A stretch of 64,000 nucleotides of DNA from Chlorokybus atmophyticus (taxonomy: Eukaryota > Plantae > Mesostigma and Chlorokybus algae). Position 1 is the first letter of the stretch, and the number at the start of each line of letters is the position of its first letter. The notes beneath the pieces were generated by a model. That model saw only the letters and a program-made list of their open reading frames with translations, searched no databases and was not told where the DNA came from. A program made the translations under genes and the position numbers. Shown piece by piece: positions 33,152 to 44,800 of this stretch. The stretch lies in NCBI GenBank assembly GCA_009103225.1, contig RHPI01002048.1:237702-301701 (forward strand), written 5' to 3'.

Positions 33152-36100
33152 CAGTCTGCCCTCGATATAAGAGCCACGTTTGGACAGCACCAAGCTGCTC
33201 TTATATCAAGGTGCTCTTAACTCGAAATAAAAGCAATTGGCCTATTTTGCTCATATAACAAAAGTCAGGCCAAAACACACCAATCTATTCCGTTTTGCAT
33301 TGTCCAACGCGTGGAGTAGCTCACGTTCGACATTGTGATGTAAAACATCACATTGTGCAGCAGTACAAACAACATCTGCACCCAAAACTCAACACGCATA
33401 GTGAATTCATGTGTGTGCGCATGCGTGCAAGTGCGAGACATTGGATTGCTCAATCATGAGCATGTTGCAAAAAACTCACGAATGTCTGCCTGCTGCCTAC
33501 GACTAATGTTGGCAACAACTAACTTTGTCACTCTATCTATAAAACGTTGCCCAAAGTGCATCTTGTGGTGAGAACACATCTTGGTTGTCCGCAATGAACA
33601 CTCCCACTCCGGTAGCAGATTGCACTGCGTCAGACATAGCAATAGGGGCAGGTGGGATCTCATCCACGTCCTCCTCCTCATCTTCTTCAACCTCCTCCAC
33701 CACCTGCTCTGGTGCAACCACAGCCACCAACTCTTCCACAGTGAGTTCGGCCTGAACATTAAGTTCTGTGACTAGGTCGACATAGTCCTCCGCATCCATG
33801 GCGCACAAGCGCGCTGGACTGGTGATGTGCAGGAGTTGTCTTCATTGATAGCAGATTTGCAGCTTAGAGACAACGCCATGGATGCGGAGGACTATGTCGA
33901 CCTAGTCACAGAACTTAATGTTCAGGCCGAACTCACTGTGGAAGAGTTGGTGCGCGCTCTCGCACGTTGTCGTTGCGGCTATCTGCTTGCCATGAGACAG
34001 GTGGGATGTTGGCCTTGCGAAAGCAGTTGCGTATGATGGAAGCCTCCACTGTCGACCAGATGTCAACGGACCAGAACAGAGCTTGTTTAACATTGACCTT
34101 GATATTCTTCAGCTTCACACCTAGTTTAAGTCCCTACCTTCAACAATGACGCAAGCAACGCTACGATGATGTTAAGAATGAACATAACAAGTTGTTACCA
34201 ATTGCATACCTGGGTTTTGCTCCATCATCAGCAACAACCATGCCACCAGCTGTTTCCTGAAACGCAACTTGAAAGAAGCGATGATGCCCTGGTCCATCGG
34301 CTGCACGTGAGAGGTAGTGTTGGCAGGAAAAAAAACGATGGTGACATGGGATAGCTTGATGATGTCCAGGCCATGCAGCTTTTCCCGCTTGTCACCGGGC
34401 ACATCGTGACTGGAGGCGTTGTCAATCAACACCACAATCTTCCTGTCTGCAATTTTCATGTCCGTATTCACCCCTTGGATCCAATGCACAAACACTTTGG
34501 TGGTCAACCACGCTGTTGGGTTGCTGTACCAATGCACAAAGTTTTCAAGCTTGAAGCCTTTGGGAAAACATTGAGGCTTTGCGCTCTTGTTGACAATCAC
34601 TAGCCTCAATTTGTCGCTACCATCCGCGTTGGCAGCAAATGCGACTGTTATGCGCTCTATGGCCTTCTTGCATCCACGCACATGCTCGGACTCTACCGTG
34701 AGAGTCTTATCAGGTTGCGCTCTGATTATGAGTCCGCCTTCGTCAAAGTTGCAGGTTGTGGCAGGTGTTGCTTCAAGTGCTTCCAAAACAAGACGCACCT
34801 TTTGCCTCGCCGCGCTGACACCCTCCATGTCCGCATCTGCAGCCTCTCCATGCATCCTCTTGCATGAGATGTTGTATCTGCAACAGAATTTTGCAGTCAT
34901 GCAAATGCACGCAATGCACATGCAACTCTACCGGCGCTATACCTGAGTTTGTAGTTGCTGAGCCAGCCATTTGAGGCTTTGAAGTCTGCCTCTGGTATTT
35001 TCATGTGGTCGCGAATCTTCTTTGCTTGAGTCTTCACCATCTCATCTGAGATAGGTAACTCCTGCGCGCGCGCCTGCACGGTGTAGAAACTAAACTTACA
35101 TATAATGTTGCTATCACAGTGCATGACAGACAACAAACTACGCAATGCACAACTCACTGCTTTGAACCATGTGTACACCGCCTCTTCCAACAGCACATGT
35201 GCTGCCTGACGATGACTTTTCCTTTTGGCTGCATGCTTGTTGTGCTCATCAACTTGTAGCCATTGCTCTTCCTGTTGTAAGATTTTTTGACAGCGTCTGC
35301 CGCTTCACATACTTTTTCATTGCTTTTTCACCTTCAGGACCTGCTGATCGTGACTCAACTCTTCATGCTTTTGCCTCAGTTCACATATCTGCTTCTTCTC
35401 AAGATCGGTGAGATGCACACGGCTCTTTTTGGGTGATCGCATGTTTGCGGTTGTGTTGGCATCCAGAGTTTGACAATGGCTTGCACTACGTTCATGAGGA
35501 ATGCACAACACAACTGATTGCAATGCACAATGCACAAACATACGCCCACTTGAGTAGTGGACATGTGCAGTTGAAGAAGTGAACGTAAAAACAGTCACAT
35601 AAGGCTACCAAACACACCTACACTTCGTCTGAGTAATGGCAAGCTGTCTTCGCACATAGGAACATGTATGTATGCTTTTGGCATGCACGTCGTAGCCGTG
35701 CACTTGTAACTAGCACACAACAGAAGCATCAGTGACTTACTTAGCGCCCTAGGCCAGGCTGACTTGACCAGGACTACAAAGCACAAGCTCGCAAGCATTG
35801 ACCGCACACAATGTGACCATTGCACCTGTACCAGTCGCCTCTGCGCCGCCCTCCTGCTTCTCTCTCTTAATCCTGCACCGCCGCCGCTGCCGCCGTCGCC
35901 GCGCGGCCTGTCTGTTGCAGCAGGCAACAGTTGGCGGACATCCTTGCTGACGCTGACAGTCTGCCGATTGTCAGCTTTAACGTTCGCTGACTGTCGGCTT
36001 AAGCAGCGTCGCAGGAGTGCAGACAACCAATGGTCGCCGCCCTCGTTGTAAGAGCAATGGGCACTTTTAACTGCTCTTAAACCAAGTGATCTAGCTCTTA

Positions 36101-36200
36101 TTCAGAGGGAGATTTGCCACATGTACGTCCGATCTGCAAAAATGTGCTCTTCACACGAGGGATATGTCCAATCGAGGGCTCTTATATCTAGGGCAGTCTG
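33152..36200 (-). mobile_element. pogo/Tigger-like (Tc1/mariner superfamily) DNA transposon, ~3.05 kb
   Basis: ~23-bp TIRs CAGTCTGCCCTCGATATAAGAGC / GCTCTTATATCTAGGGCAGTCTG, with TA duplications at 33150-33151 and 36201-36202. Confidence 0.93.
33533..35442 (-). pseudogene. pogo transposase (CENP-B-type HTH + DDE_1), intron-containing, disrupted
   Basis: MRSPKKSRVHLTDLEKKQIC, LEEAVYTWF, FKASNGWL, RMHGEAAD, NFDEGG, LIDNASSH, VQPMDQGII (42 residues between the second and third Asp), IRNCFRKA. Frameshift near 35330 and an inversion-duplication near 33725-33952. Confidence 0.88.
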
Positions 36201-38181
36201 TACTTGGTAGTCACCAATGTTGTTATTATCATGTTTAATATGCTCATGAGATGGTGGACGTCGTGTTGTATGGCACGTGCGATTACAGGCTTTGATGTAC
36301 TCGTAATGCGCCGAGAGGGGGGGGGGGGGGGNNNNNNNNNNNNNNNNNNNNNNNNNNNNNNNNNNNNNNNNNNNNNNNNNNNNNNNNNNNNNNNNNNNNN
36401 NNNNNNNNNNNNNGGGGGGGGGGGGGGCGGCATGGGTGCGGGTGTATGTGGTATAGGAAAACACATGCGCAAAAGCATATCTTCATGTATATCTTGCAAT
36501 GGTTGTATGCCTTACAATAACATGTAACATGTCCGTATCAAACATGGATAGCATAATGTGTTTGCGTACGCTTATATATTTGATAATGTGTTATATTCTC
36601 GATCGTGAGTTGGGGGGCGTAACGCACACTAGTTTACATTGAAGGTTTTGGCCCGTGTAATCACATGATGTCTTGCTATTGTGGCTGGCTTTTTATAAAT
36701 AGCCGTTGTGGCTTAACTTTTATCCTCACCAATACTGTATACATGACATTTTGCGTTTTCAACTTGCAATATCCTTTTTACGTATGTCACATATCTACAT
36801 CATGTTTGATAAGGGTAAAATTGCATAAAAACGAATTAACAACATGCAATTTTCCACTGCGCTTGGCACGTGTCGAAACCATCAACATGAGACGAGAAAA
36901 CACCTTTCGCTCGGATGTATAAGTGCGAACAAATTCAAGCCTAACGCAATTGATTATTTTTTTGGGGGGGAGGATTTTTTTGGAAGGATAAATGCATTCA
37001 TTCGTGAATTTGCGGTAGCATACTCATTTATAATCATGGTGCTATATATTTTTCAATTTGTTTGTGTACAATTTGTGTGTGCATATTTGTCTCTAAATTG
37101 CTTGTACTAATATTCATGCTACTTGGTTGCATCATGCTGTAATGTGCGTATGGCATACAGCACTACATTCATGACAATATGATCACTTACCCTTGCATAG
37201 CATATATATAATAACAGACCAACTTTTCCACGCTAATAAGAAGCATATATCGTATTATCTGAGTACACTCATCCCACATAATATGACTGTGATAATATGC
37301 CATTGGTCCATTTTTCTGTAAAAGTCTATGACACAGTACCACATGCATCATCAACATGTATTACCAACACATACCGTAGAAATACATACATATTGTCTTT
37401 AAGATAATCATAAGACTTCTCGACCCCCAATTTCAATCATACATTTGGGGCAATTTTCGTAACATAATCAATGCAACTTATTGATTTATTGACTAACACA
37501 TAAAAGGGACGAAGTAAAAAGTATATTTCACAAATGTGGACTTGAGGTGAAATATGTGGGGTACGGTACTCTATGCGGCACGAACGCAGTTGATGTTTAT
37601 GGCCATGTAGGCCCAATCTATCACTGTCATGGTAATGGTGATAAGTTATGACATCCTATAGGCAATTGTGACTCACAGCTCGGAGCTGCATATGGCAATT
37701 TACGTTTACATGGCATAAATTACCATTCGCTGTCTATTGTGAGCAGTAAGAAGCTGTTAATGGCATATGTTGTTATGTGTTGAACAGTTCAAGGTTGATG
37801 TTCTGCGATGGGACGGGGTATATGTTGGAAATTGGAAATGCGCGCTAAGCCAATGTTGCTTTTTTTGAGGTAGATTATCAAGTCTTTAGCTGAATAAGTC
37901 ATGAGACAGGTTTGCAAATGATGCCAAGGCCTTCAATGTGTGACAGGCTTTGAACATTTGTTGTGTCAGGTCAATAAAGAAGCAAGACTTGCTTAGCAAG
38001 TGAGTACATACCTATAGGCGGCTTTTCAATACAAGAATTGATTGACGTCATACTTCAAGTGTTAGTTGCGAGTTGCAGGGAGAGACTTCGAAGCACCATT
38101 GTCGACGCCCTCTCGGGGTCAGCGGGACTCCGAGCCCACTGTTGCCAACGCTGTGAGGGCGTCGACAGCACCAATGCGAAT

Positions 38182-38232
38182 TGTCGGGCCGAGGTGAGTC
38201 GGGGGTCACGCTGTCTCGAACAACTGCATGGA
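38182..38232 (-). mobile_element. Diverged 51-bp terminal fragment of the B repeat of the DNMT retroelement family
   Basis: About 45/51 identical to 11157-11207; begins at the same TGTCGGG terminus. Confidence 0.75.
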
Positions 38233-41200
38233 AAGACGTGCTTGAAATGATTCCCAACTATCAGTGGGAGAGTGGGAGCATGGATCTGATTATAGATGTA
38301 CCGGTAAAAAAGAGAGGACACAGCGCTATCATTGTCTTCGTTGACCGCTTGATCGAGATAGTCAGATTTGAGCCGTGTCGCAATGACACAGATGCGCAAG
38401 AGGTTGCGTTTATCTTTCTGAACTCGGTGTTCAGATCACACAGCGTCCTCAAGAGTCGGTTTCATCATGATTCCAAGTTTGTAAGCCACTTTTTGCAGGC
38501 TGTATGCCAGTACTTGGGAACCAAGCAGAGCTTAAGCACTGACTACCACCCACACAATGACAGACAGACGGAGCACGCGCCAAATTAAGTACTAGAAGAT
38601 GTACTGCCGCAATGGCGGCGCCACTACACATCACCCATGTTTGATAATTGGGATGTGCACTTGCCATTGGCTGAGTTTTGCGTAAGCAATGCATGGCATA
38701 AGTCGCCTCATAGCACTCCGTTCCATATTACTACGGCCGTCATGTGGTGACGCCCATGTCTTTAAAAGTTGAGTCGTTCAGCAAAGTGCCGACGGCTACA
38801 AAATTTACAATGAACATGCATGCATCATCGTCGCAAAATGTTTCCCCTGCCGACCAAATTTTGGCAACGGCTGTGCACCTGAGGATACTCATTTTGACTG
38901 TCGACCTTCAGTCTACCGGCGATCTCGATACAGGGACCTGAGCATAACGGCCGTCACCATTAGTTGGTGGCCGTCTGCATAAAGGGACTGACCCTAATTA
39001 ATAGGTGCCTGTCAGGTACTCAACAGTTAAGCAAAGGGGACTTGACCTACCTAAGAAATAACTGACCGGTACCTATCAGTTAGGTACCGGCAACAGGACG
39101 CTAACTGAGCGAGATTGTCAGGTATCTTAAGGTACCTGAAGTTAATGATGTGTACCTTCAAAGGTACCGCTCAGTCATGATTAGGTGTCACACGTGATTG
39201 TCGTCATCAGCTGTGCAAGAATGCGTGACAAATAATAAAAAACAAAAAAATAATAAATTACAATGTAATATACTGAGCTACTACTACTGCTAGCACAACT
39301 AGACTACCACTACTGCTACCACTACCACTACTGCTACTACTACCTTAGGTACTGCTGCTAGTACTACCCTTGTACTGAGCTGAGCAACCTGCACCGCCCG
39401 CTCCAGCTCCGCCGCCGCCGTTCCTTCTCCGCCGCCGCTGCCGCCGCCTGGCCTGGTCTGGCCTAGCATGGCCTGGCCTGGCCGCCCTAAGGCAAGGAGG
39501 GTGGTTAGATGGCATGCGGTGTTGCGCGTAGTACAACGCCAGACAGTAACCAAGCTCACCTACTGTAAACCGTTGCCGCCGCCGCCGCCGCCGCCATCAC
39601 CGCCGCCGCCGCCGCCCATAACGCTCTGTTCAACTTGAAGCCGTTGAGCGTTTGAACAGCCCAAGTTATTCAAACGCGTTGTCGAAACGTGACTCGCAAC
39701 GGCATTATCGTATTATTATAATGGTACGAAAGTACCATTGTCGCTATGGCACGATCGTACCATTAGTATGGTACGATAGTGCCATTGCGACAATGGCACT
39801 GTTCATGCCATTGACATAATACGGCGGCTGCATTGTACCAGCGTCTCGACTTGCCGGCCGGTACTACCGTCCCGACTTGCCGACCTTTTGGGACCGGCGG
39901 TCACTTGCTTATCATACTTGACACACAATAAGTAGGTCGCCGCCGCATTAAGTGCACGACCGGCGATCGGCCGTCACTTAACAAATGCGGTAAGGTAATC
40001 TGATAGGGACCAACGGTAACTGGCTTGCCACAGTGGGCATGCCGTTGCGCATACTTTTCGATGATCAGGGTACGGCCGACGGTCGGCCGTCACTGTATGT
40101 GACCAAATCGTTACTTATCTGCTATACAGAAAGGTGGCCATCGCGCAACTGTGACGACCGACAATCGGCCGTTACCTTAAAGTGCGGTGTTGCCGTCACA
40201 GGCAGGTCGCCGTCGATTGTACTTATGGGTCGACCGCTTGCCGTTGGTATATGTTGCTTGATAGTAACGTCCGTCCCAAAAAGTCCCTTTATGGACCACT
40301 CCGTTACGTCAGGTAGGGTCAGGCACCCGTCAGTCCCTTAATCCCTTGTCAGTCCCCGTGTAAAATTTGCGACGATTGGCAAGCAAAAGACTGCCTGATA
40401 ACAGCACAAGACGAATAGAATAAGTATGCCGGCAGGCAATTTAGGTTTGGAGATGAGCTCCAAGTGGGAGACCAAGTGTTACTCAATTAAAAGTACATTT
40501 GACTTCAGACAAGCAAGGTACGTACCCTGAATACGCAAGTTGCTACCTAGGAGGCTAGGTGTTACAATTGTAGCATAAATTCATATTAACTCCTCAACCA
40601 TCAGCGTCTTTTGCTGATGTGACCTAGTAGAACACCCTCATCTTATAACACTAAGGCCATTCCGCATTATTTTGACAAGGTCGATAAACATGCCTTTCGG
40701 CTAGAATTGCCAAAGAGCATACTGGTAGACAATATGTTTCACAAGGCACTGCTGAAACTGTACAGAAGTGACGGTCCATTGCAACCTTCTTCTCCTTCAA
40801 TTGCGGTTGAGGGCGATCTTGAGTATGAGGTCGAGTCCATCGTTGGCAAATGATTAAGAAAAGTATAATCAAAGCTTTTGGATTTAATACTTGGTAAAGT
40901 GGCTTAGTTATGGCAAGGAACATAACATTTGGGAGCCCATTTCTAACTTGCGCTCATACTGCCAAGCTAGACGAATTCGAGAATGAGCTTCAATCCACAT
41001 GCGCCACTTGAGCTTGTGCTCGTTGCAAGAGCATGGACGAATGCCTGCAACCTCTTCATGTGACATATCAACACAGTGCACACCGATATTCAGTATTAAA
41101 GTTGTGTGAACACTCCCACGGCTTGCACTACTTTCACGCGTGGAGCGCAGCCTCTTCGGTGAGTTTGGCCAACTTTGCTTGTGGTATGTTCGAGACAAGT

Positions 41201-41247
41201 TTTCCATCTTTTTGCAACGCGGGCTTTGCAATGCAAGTGGGGAGGAA
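38233..41247 (+). mobile_element. Old, decayed Ty3/gypsy chromovirus (integrase core + chromodomain remnants), interrupted by a MITE
   Basis: SMDLIIDVP...IIVFVDRL...TDYHPHNDRQTE at 38250-38590. AFRLELPKS...EYEVESIV...YLVKWLSYGKEHNIWEP at ~40680-40950. PPT-like AAGTGGGGAGGA followed by TGTCACG at 41248, the probable 3' LTR start. Confidence 0.75.
38983..40338. mobile_element. Non-autonomous TIR element (PIF/Harbinger-like MITE), 1.36 kb
   Basis: 10-bp TIRs AGGGACTGAC / GTCAGTCCCT with TAA on both sides (38980-38982, 40339-40341). Left subterminal AGGTACC repeats, right subterminal CGGCCGTCAC/CGACCG repeats, internal (ACT)n and (GCC)n. Extra TIR-like motifs at ~40281 and ~40348 make the right end somewhat ambiguous. 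Confidence 0.65.
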
Positions 41248-41855
41248 TGTCACGCCCATGAGGCAAAAGTCAATCTATGTTCCTTACTTATGTTAGTAAG
41301 AGATTGAGTGGGAATTTCCATCTCATAGGCTTGTGTAGTGCTTGTGAGGTGTGCCCTCATGTAGGTCTACTCTTAAGCCTATATGGCCTTGGGTGTGATG
41401 AACACAAAGCACTGTATGTTAGCAAGCACAAGGCTGATTAGTGCCATAGGCTCTGCATGACTTGTGGAATGCCAGTGCTGTAACACTGGGACAGCATGTG
41501 TGCTGCCAGTGGCAAATGGCAACTCAGTCATGCGGTTTGCCAGTATAATGTGTTTTGAGCGCACACATGACGGATTGTGGCAGTTCACCAATTTGAGGTT
41601 GACTTGTCATGTGTTTGATAATCCCGAGGTTGATGCCTTATGATAGGACATGTTCCATGTTGGACACAGTCAGCTTGTGCTGATAGGTCGGCACACAGTG
41701 ATAAGGCCTTGGGCCCTGGACATCCTGTGTGCCTGGTCGGGAGAGCAGGAAGTGGTATAAAGGCTTGGTAGCAACCTTGAGTAGCTATCAAAGTGTTCAC
41801 CACGTGAGGGCCACCTGTGTGTGGGGTGCCTGAATGTAGCTGTTGAAGGGGCTCT

Positions 41856-44800
41856 AGTAACGGCGTGCTACCTCCATTGAGGTTCCGTGCTCTCATTTAG
41901 CATTGAAAAAGGGTCCCAACGGGTATATACAGCCAAACAAGCCGGATTAAGGCCGTTAACCTAGTGTTAAGGTCCTAATTTAGTGTTACTTATCTGTAAC
42001 ACTGATCTCGATGAGACTCATGTCGAGTGGCGAAATCTACCGCATGGCGGCTGCTAACGCAGTAGCCGCCATAGCCAGGGGATTTTTGCTCTGGCAGTCG
42101 CCCTGGCGGCGTCAGCGGCGGTGTCGGCGTGGCTGGTGGCGGTGTTGGGGTAGGGGTAGGGGATTGTAGGGGATGGTAGCACACCCTCTTTCTTACATTT
42201 GGTATCGGAGCTAGGGCGTCAAGGGCTGTGGGGGCGGCGGCGGCTCTGGCGATGGCAGGAGCAGCTGCAACAAGTGACGGCAGCAGGCGGCGGCACCGAG
42301 CACTAGTAGCCGCTACCCACGAGCTAGAGTGGGTAGTGGTAGTTGTTGTTGTTGTTGTTGTTGTTGTCGCTGCTGCTGGTGCAGCATAGCCTTGCTTGCT
42401 TGTTTGCTTGTTTGCTTGCTTGCTTGCTAGCTTAGCCTGGCCTAGCCTAGCTGCCCTGGCCTAGCCTAGCTTGTTAGTGTGAAGGGGAGCGGCCACTCAG
42501 GCAGCCTCACCTCAAGTTTTGCATCCCAGCATCATTTGTAATCAATTATCACATTATTACTTGTAAGTGTGCTCCTGGTTGCGGCTGCCATCGCGTGGAT
42601 TCATAGTGGTGTAAGGGGGTTTGTGGTTGTTGACACTTCTCCCACCCCAAGGAAGTAGTATAGCGCCAACTTGGGCTGGCTTGGCCACCATTCAGCGCGG
42701 TGGGGCCGCCAGATTCAATCTGAGCGATCGATATCAAAATCACGACTTACAACTTGTCGATATCAGCATGTAGGGCTGATTCACAAGAGTTTAGCACCTT
42801 TTGTGTCATTTACAAATGTGAGATGAGCTGGGTTGTACAAATTGAAAACTTTGAGTTACTATAGCTTGTGAACCGTCGCGTGGATTTGCATACGGTTTCT
42901 TTACAAGCGAGCATCTTGTTGAGGGGTGTTGGGCACTTATTTTACGTGCTGTTTTACCCAAGTACAGCACCTTGAAATCAACAAGGAAGAAACCATAAGC
43001 TTCAGCACTTTTGGAGTGCACAACTAGTGTGGTTGTGCACTTAAACACTTCATTTACTTACGACTTCATTCTTGGGCAGATGTCTGAGGGGAAGGGGACA
43101 AGGCAGAGGGATACCCCCCTATGCCAAGCTTCTCCTCATCCGCATATGAGCGGTCAAGTGATGAGGAGGAAGTGAAAAAGAGCTTTTTGGGTGAGAGTGA
43201 GAGCAAGGGTGGCAATTGAGAGAAGGCCTCGAAGCACGAAAGTGCTAAAGCTTCCGGCTCGTCCTCTTATGGTGCTGCAACGATAGACCCTTCACTTGTC
43301 ATCGGTGGGGCCATTGAGAAGTATGCACAAGGGCGAGCTTGTTGCTCGCTACCCTTGCATGCCTAAGGAAGTGTGGGATAAGTGAGCAGCAATAGTCCGC
43401 CATGGGAGGCGGACTTCACAACACTTCCTTAAGCAAGCAAAGAGATGGTGAACCAGATGCTCAAGCACGAGTTGACTAATAACATTCCACCGCTCGTGCG
43501 CAATGATCCCGCAGTAACTACCCTCATAGCCACTTGGGACAAGCCAGGCCCATTCCCGGGTATTAATATGCCGTTGAGGCTTTGGCCATGTTAACAGTAG
43601 AGACTCAGATGCGCTGCAAGGATCTGTTTTGGTACCTTGGGCCTGATTTGGAAGAACGCTTGGCTCGTGAGGAAGTGTAGGATAAGTGACCAGCAATAGT
43701 CCGCCATGGGAGGCGGACTTCACAACACTTCCTCAAGCAAGCAAAGAGATGGTGAACCAGATGCTCAAGCACGAGTTGACTAATAACATTCCACCACTCG
43801 TGCGCAATGATCCCGCAGTAACTACCCTCATAGCCACTTGGGACAAGCCAGGCCAATTCCCGGGTATTAATATGGCGTTGAGGCTTTGGCCATGTTAACA
43901 GTAGAGACTCAGATGCGCTGCAAGGATCTGTTTTGGTACCTTGGGCTTGATTTGGAAGAACGCTTGGCTTGTGAGGAACGGGTGACGGCGCGCCTTGGTG
44001 CGCTGCAGGCTGAGTTGGTGGATTTACGTCAGCAAGTGGCTGGAGCTGCCACAACAAGGGGTGGTACATCGGCGGGGATGCTTGTCACACCACTAAACAA
44101 GCCTAAGAAGTTCAAGCCCAGCGGTACTGTTATCATTGATGATTGGGTGGTAACTGTTCAAAGGTACTTGACAGCACTTTATCGCCAAATTAGTGAGCAC
44201 ATTGCTGTTGCTGATTTGCTCATGCCACCTGATGCGTTGGCCGAGTGGGCGAGACAGAGTGCGGACGGTGCTCCCACGACAGTGGAGGCACTGTTGCAGT
44301 TCATGGGGGAGCGCTATGGTGGCATAGACCCGGCCACTGCTGCTCGCAACAAGCTCAGCAAGCTGCGGCAGAATGGCAGAGCGGCTTCAGTTTATCTGCA
44401 GGAGTTCCAGGCATTGGTTGGCCGCGCGAATAGTGGACTTATGCCTATGGACAAGGCTGAGCAGTTTAACAACTACAAGCGCGGGATGGATGCGCGTCTG
44501 CGCGATCAGTTGCAGTACAACACATTTACGGAAAAGCCTTGGGTGCCCGATAACCTCGCAACCCTACAGAGGTTGAGTGTGTTGTTGTACCATGATGATT
44601 CTGCGGGCTGTGCAGGACAAGTCGCGAGTGGCAGCTTCGACCAAGCCGCAGGAAGGGGGAAAGCGATCCCCCCCACCAAGTGCATGCGGCGAAGGAGGCC
44701 TCCCATTCACACCTGCAGCTGCTGCTGGTGGTGCGCCTTCGGCAATACGCGCATGTCATGTGTGTCATCAGCCGGGTCACATTGCGAAGAACCGCCCAAC

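Noticed and set aside
36500-38000. AT-rich island as a viral or organellar insertion
   Set aside because: No sustained ORF or recognisable motif in the frames I examined; left unannotated.
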